Origin: the human T2T-CHM13v2.0 reference genome, Homo sapiens
Assembly (NCBI RefSeq): GCF_009914755.1
Contig: NC_060933.1
DNA length: 64,000 nucleotides
Direction: 5' to 3' (one strand)
Shown: one piece after another, positions 1 to 12,600 of the stretch
Position numbering within the stretch: the stretch's first letter is position 1
Layout: each line of letters starts with the position of its first letter
Translations under genes and position numbers: made by a program
The notes under the pieces: model-generated
What the model was told of the DNA's origin: nothing
Database searches by the model: none
Seen by the model: only the letters and a program-made list of their open reading frames with translations

Positions 1-224
1 CCCTAATTCTTGTTGAAATCTGCTCAGTGATATAATCAACTTACAAAAAACCAATTTCCACATGAGACAAATGGGCTAGTGAAAAGTCACAAGTTCAAAT
101 CCATCATGGGACCTTACCATTTGAGTGACCTTAAAACTTTATAAGCCACCATTTTCTCCCATATAAAACAGGGTTAGCAATACTCATCCTGTCTACCTAC
201 TTCAGAAGACAGGAAAAAAAACAA

Positions 225-440
225 TTATATATTAAGTATCAACTATGTGTCAGAGAGCTTAAATGTCTGTATATCTTAATCCTCACAACAATCTTGTAAC
301 ATAGGTAACCTTGTAACATATAGGTAACATGGACCTATAAATCTATTTTCCAGATGTAAGAAGCTCAAAGAGGCTGTGTAAATTGACTAAGGTCATATTA
401 TTAGCAAGGGTTAAAGTCAGATTTTGAACACAAGTTCCTC
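225..440 (-). mobile_element. MIR SINE remnant containing a small internal tandem duplication (293-328)
   Basis: aatcctcacaacaa...ttccagatgtaagaagctcaaagagg...aaggtcata resembles the MIR core. cttgtaacataggtaac is followed by cttgtaacatataggtaac. Confidence 0.6.
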
Positions 441-1299
441 CAAACTGCCTCATATGCACCATAAACATAAATGTTTTGTAAACTGTCTGGCAACTACACA
501 CACTTACCTTAACACTACACACAAGACAAATATCTGAGAGCCCAGGTGAGTGCCAAGTACAGTCAAAAAGGGCCTCTCACCACTTGTAATTACTGAAAGA
601 AGAGCCATTCAGGCAAGGGGTACTCGAGCAGCCTTTTGAAGCACCAAGAGCCTGCACATCCCATGAGCTCTCATTTTCCTCTTTCTAGGTCTTGGGGGCT
701 GCCCTGGGGAATTCTTATCCTGCCTTTTGGCAGCTCCACAAACCTTCTTTCTGCCAGAGTGTTTTGTACCAGGGCTGTCCGAGGTAGAAGCCTGAGAGGC
801 TTACCGGTAATGCTATGTGATAACAGTGTATCAAATTCATATTGCCACTTCTGCCAAATGAATTTAATTAAGCAGAAAAATGGGTTACTGAAATGAAATA
901 CACATGTGCTCTCTAAAGTCATGCGTGCCTTTGGGTATTTGGAAAATACCCTAAATGCATGTTATTACAGGAATCATGTTAACAGCCAGAAAGCAAGCTT
1001 TAGATCCTCAGTATTTATTTGGAAATATGTGAGCATCTTGGAATCTCAGTGTTAATGTGTCAGTTTATCTTCAGGAGATAAACAGCATTTTGTGCCAGGC
1101 CGAGGCACAATCTCCCCACTCACTAATCAAAATACAATATATTTTGCTGGTTTAAAGTTTCAGCTTTTCTTGCAAATTCAGACAAAGCTCTCCAAAGATC
1201 TAGGCAACTAAGAGAATTGTTGTTACTATTCTCACTCTTAATAAGGACATTAATTGCCTTTAAACACAAGTATTTGTGATGGATTCATTAAAAATCATG

Positions 1300-1445
1300 A
1301 ATAGTTTAACCCAGAGGACTACTAAAGATCATCTAACTCAATCCCTTCCTTTACAAATGAGGAAACTGAAGCCCAGAAGGATGACTAGCCAGGAATGGCC
1401 CAAGGAGTTCATGGCACGGCTGAACTCATAACTCAAGCTCCAGGC
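1300..1445 (-). mobile_element. MIR SINE remnant
   Basis: tttacaaatgaggaaactgaagcccaga MIR core motif. Confidence 0.7.
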
Positions 1446-1894
1446 TGGCGGCACACAGCTCATGCAGGTATTCTATCTTGAACAGGGAGATTCTTTAGAT
1501 TACTTTTGTTCCAAAGAATCTGTGATACATACATAACCAAGTCTCACTTAAAAGTCATGCATCCAGTGGTGGGGAATGAATAAACTGAATCTAACTGGGG
1601 GAAACGTCATGTATATCCAGAATGAGAACCATTTTAATTTTAAAAGGAGAAATAGATTGTTTCTCCAAAAATATCAATGTCATAAAAGACAAAGAAGGGC
1701 TGATAATTACTCCTGACAAAAGGAGACTGCTATTGACTGAATGTTTATATCCTCACCAAATTCATAGGTTGAAATTCCAACTGCAATGTGATATTATCAG
1801 AATGCGAGGCCTTTGGAAGGTGATTAGGTCACAAGGGCAGAGCCCTATGAATGAGATTAGTGTCCTTATTAAAAAAGACCTCAGATGAGAGAGG

Positions 1895-3233
1895 AGAAAC
1901 TACCAACAAAGTAAACAGACAACCTACAGAATGGGAGAAAATTTTCACAAACTATGCATCTGACAAAGGTCTAATATCCAGCATCTATAAGGAACTTAAA
2001 GAAATTTACAAGAAAAACAAAACATAAAAAAGTGAGTAAAGGACATGAACAGACACTTTTCAAAATAAGACATACAAGTGGCCAATAATCATATGAAAAA
2101 CAGCTCAACATCACTGGTTATTAGAGAAATGCAAATCAAAACCACAATGAGATACCATTTAACACCAGTCAGAATGGCTACTATTAAAAAGTCAGAAAAA
2201 CATGCAGATACTGGTGAGGTTGTGGAGAAAAAGGAATGCTTACACAGTCTTGGTGGGAGTGTAAATTGGTTCAGCCATTATGGAAGACAGTGTAGTGATT
2301 CCTCAAAGACCTAAAGACAATTCAACCTAGTAATTCCCTTACTGGGTGTATACCCAAACGAATAGAAATCATTCTATTATAAAGACACATGCACCTCTAT
2401 GTTCACTGAAGCACTATTCACAATAGCAAAGACATGGAATTAGCCTAAATGTCCATCAACTGTAGATTGGATAAAGAAAGTGTGATACATATACACCATG
2501 GAATACTATGCAGCCACAAAAAGAATGAGATCATATCCTTTGCAGGGACATGGATGGAGCTGGAGGCCATTAACCTTAGCAATCTAACACAGGAACAGAA
2601 AACCAAAAACTACATATTCTAACCTATAAGTGGGAGCTAAATGATGAGAATACATGGACACATAGAGGGGAACAACATACACTGGGACCTATTAGAGGGT
2701 GGAGGTTGGGAGGAAAGAGAGGGTCAAAAAAATAACTAATGGGTACTAGGCTTAATACCTGGGTGATTGTATTAGTCTGTCCTCATGCTTCCAATAAAGA
2801 CATACCTGAGACAGGGTAATTTATAAAGGAAGGAGGTTTAATTGGCTCACAGTTTCACCTGACTGGGGAGGCCTCACAATCATGGTGGAAGGCAAAGGAG
2901 GAGCAAAGCCATGTCTTACATGGCAGCAGGCAAGATAGCATGTGCAGGGGAACTCCCCTCTATAAAACCATCAGATCTCATAAGACTTATTTACTATCAC
3001 AAAAACAGCACAGGAAAGACCCACCTCCATGATTCACTTACATCCCGCCCTGTCCTTCCCAAGACATGTGGGAATTATGGGAGCTAAAATTCAAGATGAG
3101 ATTTGTGTGCGAATACAGCCAAACTGTATCAGTGATGAGATAATCTGTACAACAAACCCCCATGATGCAAGTTTACCTATGTAACAAACCTGCACTTTTA
3201 CCCCTAAACTTAAAAGTTAAAAAAAAAAAAAAA
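1895..3233 (+). mobile_element. 5'-truncated L1 (older L1PA/L1PB type): end of ORF2, 3'UTR and poly(A)
   Basis: ORF 2078..2314 ([19 protein letters not shown]) matches the L1 ORF2 C-terminus. Typical 3'UTR follows, with an A tail at ~3219-3233. Interrupted by a THE1. Confidence 0.9.
2768..3131 (-). mobile_element. THE1 (MaLR) solo LTR
   Basis: tgtattagtc...cagccaaactgtatca termini; perfect 5-bp TSD GTGAT at 2763-2767 and 3132-3136. Confidence 0.9.
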
Positions 3234-3447
3234 TCCCAGGGAGTTCCCTTGCCCGTTCCAACATGTGAGGACTCAAGAAGAAGGCATCAGCTACAAACCA
3301 GGAGACAAACCCTCTCCAAACACCAAATCTGCTGGCACCTTGATCATGGACTTTATAGCCTTCAGAACTGTGGAAAATAAGTTTCTGTAATTTATAAGCC
3401 TCCCAGGCTATGGTATTCTGGTAGAGCAGCCTGAATGAGCTATAAGA

Positions 3448-3830
3448 AACTTAACCAGCATTACAACTAAATACATAACTAGATGAGATGGTGCTAGAGG
3501 AGGAAGTGTTATAATGACATTATTGGGTCAACCGATAATTGGAATATAGACCATAAATTGGATAAAAGTACTGTTGTCACTATTACATTTATTGAGGTTG
3601 ATAACTGTACCTAGGAAATTGACACTGAAATATTTAGGGGTAAATAAATATGGCATGCGACATACTCTTAATTTTGTCAGAAAAAATAGAAAGAAAACAA
3701 TTAAATAGAGCAACATGTTAACACTAGATGAAACTGGATATAGAGTAGAAGGGTGTTCTTTGCTCTATTTTTGTAACTTTTCTCTGTAAGTCTGACATTA
3801 TTCCAAATAAAACGTTTTTTAGAAAAACAA
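3448..3830 (+). mobile_element. Old L1M (L1MC/ME-type) 3' fragment, probably continuing from ~1610-1727
   Basis: cactgaaatatttaggggtaaa...tttttgtaacttt...ttattccaaataaaa resembles an L1M 3'UTR. Confidence 0.6.
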
Positions 3831-4959
3831 GCCATGCAAATGATTACCAACAGCACCACAAAATTACAACCACCCTCTATTCAAGAGCAAAGAAGGGCAT
3901 TTAAAGAACATCTCCAAAAATATAGTCTTTTAAAGTCATGGCATCCTTTATGCATATTTACCACAAAACCAAAATTTCAGTAAGTACAAGCAATGAGTAC
4001 GGTCACCCCAGAAGGCCTTCCAGCTTGGTGTTTGTGCCTTGATTTTGGGCTGGCTCAATGCCCTATGGGCCTGCTGTCATTCATCAATTTTGTTATGATC
4101 TTTCATAATGAAGAAAAGAAATATAATAACTTGCTATTATCTTAAAAGTTGCAATGAGAAAACTGATACCTCTTTAATGGAGCCAAATAATTAACTCACA
4201 TATGTTCTCTTAAAAAAAACCACAAAAACTGTAGGTTACATTCTTGAATATGAACAGGAACATGGTCACATCAGGCCACTCTGAGAGACCTCATTCTAAT
4301 GAGGAAAGACAATAACCATTTCCCTGATGGCTTGAACAATGAGGTTCATGACAGTTTTATTTACACAGTCTTATTTACTCGGGCCCAGAATAGCAATGCC
4401 TGCTCATCCCAGGGAAAGCAAATCCTTTTCTCTGAATTTGCCATTTGATTCTGGGCACTGCCTGTCAGCTGTCTGTTTCATGAGTCTATGCCAATACAGA
4501 TTGTACACAGAGGGCAATTTGCACACAAATCATGTGGCAGTTGTGTTCCCCATGGATAAAAACAAATTCTGGTCACCACTTCATATCTGTGGGTGTTTGC
4601 AGAACATGTTAATTGACATTTTCTGCTGATGAAAGGGTAGCTTTACTATTATAAATCATTCATAGATAAATTTATACCAGTAAGTATTGCCCAGTATGTT
4701 TGGAGTTCTTGACATGTGCTCTGTTCTGGAGATGGAACTAAGCCCAAAGTCTGGATCCTGCCCTCAGGGAGTTTGTAATTGAGTTGGAATCACAGGAGCA
4801 CACAAGGCCACTATAGGAAGCCACAAGTCATGCACTATAGTGCTCAGGAGGCTCTATGCACAAAGCAAAAGTTGTTTAGTGTAATAACCCTGACACAGAA
4901 GGCACCTGCACAGCAATTTCCAACATATTGATTAGCCAGCTATGAATTGCAACCCAAAT

Positions 4960-5545
4960 GTGCCATGCTCTCTCTTGACTGCTTTGTACATACTATTCCT
5001 TCTGCCTAGAACATTCTCTGCCATCCTACCCTCATCACTCAATATCCCCCTTTTCCACCACCAAAATTCCTCCCTTTCTTTGGCTAACTCACAGTTTCTT
5101 GCTTGGATGTTATGACTCCTGAAAAGTTATTCTTGACCCTTTTCTCCTTGGTCTAGGTTAGAGGTCCTTCCTGTTTTCTCCCTCTGGGCCAGGCAATGAC
5201 CCATTATAACCTTTATCACATTGCATAGCAAGGTGGTTATAAGGCAGGGGGGAGGTGGGGAGGGACCTAGAGTCAGGCTGCCTGGGATCAAATCCTGTAA
5301 CTGCCACCTACAGGCTTTGAGGCCTAAGTCAGTTTAGTTGAGTTCCATAACCCCTCTGTATCTCCTGTGGTTTATTATTTCATTTAGTCTCAAGCCAATC
5401 CTCCAAGGGATACTGCCCTCACTTCACAGATGAAGAAACTGAGTCTCAGAGAGGTTACAAAACTGACTCAATGTAACCTACCCAGGGAGGACAGATTCAA
5501 AGTCAAGTCTAGAGGATATGAAAGACACCAGTTTTAAGCACCATG
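4960..5545. mobile_element. L2 and MIR remnants
   Basis: ttccttctgcctagaaca (L2); ggatcaaatcctg...ctgccac and ttcacagatgaagaaactgagtctcagagagg (MIR). Confidence 0.6.
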
Positions 5546-5855
5546 CCGAACTTTCTCCATCAAGTGATTCTAAAAGTTCTGCTTATTACCAAGGAGTCTG
5601 GGCAGGCATTGGGTCTGCCTTTCTGAAAGAGGCCACGAAGAAGTGTCAAAAGACTGTGCTGTGTCAAAAGTTTGACACAAATTTTCAACTCTGTCAAAAC
5701 CCCTTCCCTGAATGTGCCTTCCAAGGAGTGAACTTCAAATTGACAATTCTAAGAAACTCTTTGGGAGCCATTAGTTGAGCTTTGACACCACATTTAGTGA
5801 CACAATATCCAACTGTTTTTCATTTCTATTTTTACTTTTACTAGGAGTAGGAGAG

Positions 5856-6520
<665 letters not shown>

Positions 6521-7839
6521 CAGAGAGAAAGAAATGAATTATGCTGGCTCAAGTGGGCCCGGACACCCCTTCCAGCAGGAGCTTGGAATATGTTCCCCCT
6601 TTCCTAGAGAACAGAAAGGATGACAGTTACACAGAAATCCATGGGGAGGTGGTTTATAGTTGAAGTAAGAGGCAGTAAAGCACAGAGCATAAAATTATGG
6701 GTTTTGGAGTCAAATCTAGGTTTGTCTTGACCCAGCCACTTTCTAGCTGTGTAAGCTTAAAAAGTTATTCAAATTTTTTCTACCACTAGATCCAGAGTGA
6801 AGCTAAGTCCTCCAAGTCAAATGGGTGTGTTAGCCAGGTATCAAGGAAGAGGAGGAGAGAGGGCAGCAAGGATGAAGGAGAAGCGTGTGCTAAGATGCGG
6901 TGTACCGTCCGTCTGGTCACACCTCTGAACAGTGCTGGAAGAATGCCATGCCTGCCTATCATGATGACACCCACTTCTATTTCAAAAGTTGACCCCAAAT
7001 CCTTCTCTGGTAAACATACTGCTGTAACTTCATCTCTACTATTTGTTTAGAGGTTTTGAGTACTAAATTTTGATGGTGAGGTTAAATTATCCTTTAAAAA
7101 TAGTTTCAAGATGACTTTACTTGTGCAGCAACTGAAAGGGAAGAGTTGTTTTAGTGTTGTAAGCTTTCTAATAAATTAAGGTCTTCTTTTAAAAGACTTT
7201 CTTCTATCCATAATCTATCTCCAGAGATCTAAATCTTAATAATATTGATTTTCTATATTTGTGGAATCATTGTTACTCACTGCTGAGGAAAAGAGAAGCA
7301 ATGCAAATGCCTTGGTTGGTTTGGCCAAATAATCTCATTTTCTGAAATTTGGTTAGTAGGTCTTATAGGACCAACACATTGCTCAGTACCTAATCGGCAA
7401 TGGTCATGAGAGAGGGACTATAAAGTGAAGCTTCCGGGAATGGAGTCAAATAAATGGTGGGCATGGACCAATGGGAGAGCATTGCTAAGGAGGAACTTAT
7501 TGAGATATACCTGAAGGCCACTGGCAGACAGAATTCAAGCGTTGAATCCCTGCTCAATTGCTATGGTATTGACCCGGCTCCTGAATGTGACGGGAGCCTT
7601 TGAGTAGCTGGCACATTCCCCTAAGCCTGTGTCAGTGTCTTTAGTAAAAGTGTCACTTGATACTCCCGGGAAGGTAGGTAAGATGGGGCAATTTGATAAA
7701 TTCTGACTTGATCTATTCTCCCACAGCATCCATTGAGTAAGTAAAAGTAATAACCTGAGTAGCAAAGCATTTTATTTTTCCTTAATTGCCTATATATTAG
7801 CACCAACAAGGTTACAGCATGTACAGTGCTAATAAACAT

Positions 7840-8217
7840 TGATATGGTTTGGCTCTGTGTCGCCACCCAAATCTCATATCAAATTGTAATCTTCAGTGTT
7901 GGAGGAAGGGCCTGGTGGAAGGTGATTGGATCATGAGGGCAGACTTCTCTCTTGCTGTTATGACAGTGAGTGAGTTCTCATGAGACTTGGTTGTTTAAAA
8001 GTGTCTAGCACATCCCCCTTTGCTCTTTCTCTCCTGCTCAGCCATGTGAATTTGTATCTGCTTCCCCTTCACCTTCTTCCATGATTATAAGATTCCTGAG
8101 GCCTCCCCAGCCATGCTCCCTGTACAGCCTGTGGAACTGTGAGTCAATTAAACCTATTTTATTTATAAATCACCCAGTCTCAGGTTCCTTCTAGCAATGC
8201 AAGTACCAACTAATACA
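7840..8217 (+). mobile_element. MSTA-type (MaLR) solo LTR
   Basis: tgatatggtttggctctgtgtc...actaataca; TSD AACAT/AGCAT. Confidence 0.85.
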
Positions 8218-8921
8218 AGCATGGAAACATTTTCCTTCTTTTTAATTGTGATATAGAAATTTGTTGTGTAAGATATTTTAAATTATTAGGTAACCAGCCA
8301 AATTCCCAAATATTGCTGAGACAACTCTTTTTCTATTCTTTAATACATACATCCTTGCACAATTTCCTGTCACTTTTCTACCTCAAGTTGTCCCTACAAA
8401 AAGTTTCATCAAGATCAATGCACATAGTTTCAAGTATCTGTCAAGTGTCTATTGACTTGGGCTCACTTTTGAAATGATTTGTCTTTTCTGACCACATCAT
8501 GTTAATGCATAATTGTCAAAGTGTTTCTCACACAGGCTCAGCTCTGAGCTTAGAAGCTCTGGACTCTGCCTTGCTTATGAGCTACAGCACCAGCACCTTT
8601 CAAGGACAAGGCCAGGGATGTTGCATGGCCTATATTTTGGGTCAGACCCACGCAGATACAGTTTTGAATTTGATAACAATATTTTTTTCAGAGACAACTT
8701 TATTTCTCATGGCAAAAGGAGTAGCCACAATTTCATGTTGGTCTGTATCTGTTGGTTCGCCATGCCCACTCCTCCAAGTCTCGTGAGAGTGACAGAGAGA
8801 GGCCTTGGGCATGCCTGAGCATGCTACGGGTTGCATTATAGGAAGGCAACACTGAAATTAAAGGATTCACTGCTTTTATAGTCAGTGGAAGCAAGCCTGT
8901 GCCTTGTCTGGGGTAAAATGC

Positions 8922-9323
8922 TGTGCTAGTTCATTTGTGTTGCTATGAAGGAACACCTGAGGCGACGTAATTTAATTTTTTTTAAAGGTTTATCTGGCTC
9001 ATAGTTCTGCAGGTCGTACAAAAAGCATGGCACTAGTATCTGCTTCTGGTAAGGGCCTCAGGAAGCTTCCATTCATGGTGGAACATGAAGGGGATGTGCA
9101 GAGATCACATGGCTAGAAAGGAAGCAAGTTTCAAGGGTGCCACACTCTTTTTAACAACAAGTTCTTGGGGGAAGTTTTATGGGAACTAGAGCAAGAACTC
9201 CCTCTTTGCTATGAGGATGGCACCAAGCCATTTAGGAGAGATCTGCCCCACAACCCAAATACCTCCTAATAGGCTCCACCTAAAGTATTGGGGATCAAAT
9301 TTCAACATGAGGTTTGAGGGGAC
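8922..9323 (-). mobile_element. MSTB/MSTC-type (MaLR) LTR with one terminus degraded
   Basis: tgtgctagttcatttgtgttgctatgaagg...ggcctcaggaagcttcc...tttcaacatgaggtttgagggg. Confidence 0.8.
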
Positions 9324-9470
9324 GTCCATTCTCAAGATTTATGACTGCACACACGACTCGAAGAAATGGCCGAGGTAAAGAGTGGTCAGGCCCTTGCACT
9401 GTTGACATGCCCAGTAAAAATATGTAGGGAGACTCAGGGACATGGTAGATTGCTTCTGCCAGCACCAGAG

Positions 9471-9620
9471 GTCTTGATGCTTTCTTGTCCTCTTTAACTC
9501 CAATTTCACTCCTTCACTCTCTATTGAAACCATTCTCACACAGATGTCTTGATGCCTTCCTGTCCTCTTTAACTCCAATTTCATTCCTTCACTCTCTGTT
9601 GAAACCACTCTCACACAGAT
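9471..9620. repeat. 75-bp tandem duplication (2 copies, 5 mismatches)
   Basis: gtcttgatgc...ctcacacagat at 9471-9545 and 9546-9620. Confidence 0.95.
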
Positions 9621-9640
9621 TTCTTCTAGCTGTTTCTCTG

Positions 9641-12600
9641 TTTTTTGTTTTTTGGTTTTTGTTTTTTTTTTTTTTTTTAATTTCAATAGTTTTTGGGGAA
9701 CTGGTAGTGTTCACTTACATGGATAAGTTATTTAGCAGTGATTTCTGAGATTTTGCCGCACCCATCACCAAAGCAGTGTACCCTGTACCCAATGTGTAGT
9801 CTTTTATCTCTCACCCCCTCCCATCCTTAGTCCACTGTATCAGTCTTATGCCTTTGCACGCTCATAGCTTAGCTCCCACTTACAAGTGAGAACATACAAT
9901 GTTTGGTTTTCCATTCCTGAGTTATTTCACTTAGAATAATTGTCTCCAACTCAGTTCAGGTTGTGGTGAATGCCATTATTTCATTTCTTTTTATGACTGA
10001 AGGAGTATTCCGAGCATTCCATAGTACATATACACCACATTTTCTTTATCCACTCATCGGATGATGGGCATTTAGCCTGGTTTTATATTTTTTGCAATTG
10101 CAAATTGTGCTGCTAGAAACATGTGTGTGCAAGTGTCTTTTTCATATAATGATTTATTTTCCTCTGGGTAGGTATTGAGTAGTAGGATTGCTGGATCAAA
10201 TGGTAGTTCTACTTTTAGCTCTTTAAGGAGTCTCCACACTGTTTTTCATAGTAATTTTACTAGTTTACATTCCCACCAGCAGTGTAAAAGTGTTCCCTTT
10301 TCACCACATCCACACCAACATCTTTTTTTTTTTTCATTTTTAAATTATGGCCATTCTTGTAGGAGTAAGGTAGTATTGCACTGTGGGTTTGATTTGCATT
10401 TCCCTCATAATTCGTGATGTTTAGCATTTTTTCATATGTTTGTTAGCCATTTGTATATCTTATTTTGAGAATTGTATATTCAAGTCCTTAGCCCACTTTT
10501 TGATGGGATTATTTGTTTTTTCCTTGCTGATTCATTTGCATTTCTTGTAGATTCTGGATATTAGTCCTTCGTCAGATGCACAGTTTGCAAAGATTTTCTC
10601 CCACTCTGTAGGTTGTCTGTTTACTCTGCTATTTCTTTTGCAGTGCAAAAGCATTTTTATTTAATCAAGTCCCATCTATTTTCATTGTTTTTGTTGCATT
10701 TGCTTTTGGATTCTTGGTCCTGAAGTCTTTGCCTAAGTCAACGTCTAGAAGAGATTTTCCGATGTTATCTTGTAAAATTTTTATGGTGCTAGGTCTTAGA
10801 TTTAAGTCCTTGATCCATCATAAGTTGATTTTTGTATAAGGTGAAAGATGAGGATCCAGTCGCATCTTTCTACATCTGGCCTGCAAATTCTCCCAGTACC
10901 ATTTGTTAAATAGGGCGTCCTTTCCCCACTATATGTTTTTGTTTGCTTTGCTGATGATCAGTTGGCTCTAAGTATTTGGCTTTACTTCTGGGTTCACTAT
11001 TCTGTTCCATTGGTCCACAAGCCTGTATATACGCCAGTACCATGCTGCTTGGCTGACTATAGTGTTATAGTATAGTTTGAAGTCAGGTAATGTGATGCCT
11101 CCAGATTTGTCCTTTTTGCTTAGTCTGGCTTTGACTATGTGGCTTTTTGGTTCCATATGAATTTTAGCATAGTTTTTTTCTAGTTCTCTGAAGAATGATA
11201 ACAGTATTTTGATAAGAATTGCACTGAATTTTATAGATTGCTTTTGGCAGTATAGTCATTTTTTACAATATTGATTCTACCCATTCATGAGCATAGGATG
11301 TGTTTCCATTTGTTTGTGTTGTCTATGATTTTTTTCCAGCAATGTTTTGCAGTCTTCTTTGTAGAGACCTTTCACCTCCTTGGTTAGGTATATTTCTAAG
11401 TATTGTGTTGTGTTGTGTTGTGTTGTGTTGTATTTATTTATTTCCATATCTGCTATAAAAGGGGTTGAGTTCTTGATTTGATTCTCAACTTGATCACTGT
11501 TGGTGTACATCAATGCTACTGATTTGTGTACATTGATTTTGTGTCCTGAAACTTTACTGAATTCATTTATCAGATCTAAGAGCTTTTTAGATGAGTCTTT
11601 CAGGTTTTTCTAGGTATACAATCATATCATCAGTGAACAGTGACAGTTTTACTTCCTCTTTACTGATTTGGATGCCCTTTATTTTTTTCTCTTGTCTGAT
11701 TGTTTTGGCTAGGACTTCCAGTACTATGCTGAATAGAAGTGGTAAAAGTGGGAATCTTTTTCTTGTTCCAGTTCTCAGGAGGAATGCTTTCAACTTTCCC
11801 CCATTCAGTATAATGTTGGCTGTGGGTTTGTCATAGATGGCTTTTATTACCTTAAGGTATGTCCCCTCTATGCCAATTTTTTAATCATAAAGGGATGCTG
11901 GATTTTGTCAAATGCTTTTCCTGTATCTATTGAGATGATCATGTGATTTTTGGTTTCAATTATGTTTATGTGGTGTATCACATTTGTTGACTTGCGTATG
12001 TTAAACCATCCCTGCATCCCTGATATGAAACCCACTTGGTCATGGTGGATTATCTTTTCGATACACTGTTGGATTCAGTAAGCTAGTATTTTGTTGAGAA
12101 TTTTTGCATCTATGTTCATCAGGGATACTGGTTTGCAGTTTTCTTTTTTTGTTATGTCCTTTCGTGGTTTTGGTATTAGGATGATACTGGCTTCATAAAA
12201 TGATTTAGGGAGGATCCCCTCTTTATCTTTTGGAATAGTTTCAGTAGGATACCAATTCTTCCTTGAATGTCTGATAGAATTCAGCTGTGAATCCATCTGG
12301 TCCTAAACTTAGTTTTGTTGGCATTTTTTTATTAGTGTTTCAGTCTTGCTGCGTGTTATTAGTCTGCTCAGAGTTTCTATTTCCTTTTGGTTTAATCTAG
12401 GAGTGTTGTATATTTCCAGGAATTTAGCCATCTCCTTTAGGTTTTCTAGTTTGTGCTCATAAAGGTGTTCATAGTAGCCTTGAATGATCTTTTGTGTTTC
12501 TGTAGTGTCGGTTGTAGTATCTGTCATTTCATTTCTAACTGAACTTATTCAGATCTTCTCTCTTCTTGGTTAATCTTGCTAATGATCTATCGATTTTGCT

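Larger units (their letters stand above)
1728..3447 (+). mobile_element. MLT1 (MaLR) solo LTR split by an L1 insertion (pieces ~1728-1890 and ~3234-3447)
   Basis: 5' piece tgctattgactgaatgttt...cctttggaaggtgattagg; 3' piece gctggcaccttgatcatggac...cagaactgtggaaaataagtttctg...gcagcctgaatgagctataaga. Confidence 0.75.

Noticed and set aside
9339-9686. 115-aa ORF with an internal repeat
   Set aside because: It arises from the L1 poly(A) tail (poly-Lys) plus the 75-bp in-frame duplication, with no other coding evidence.
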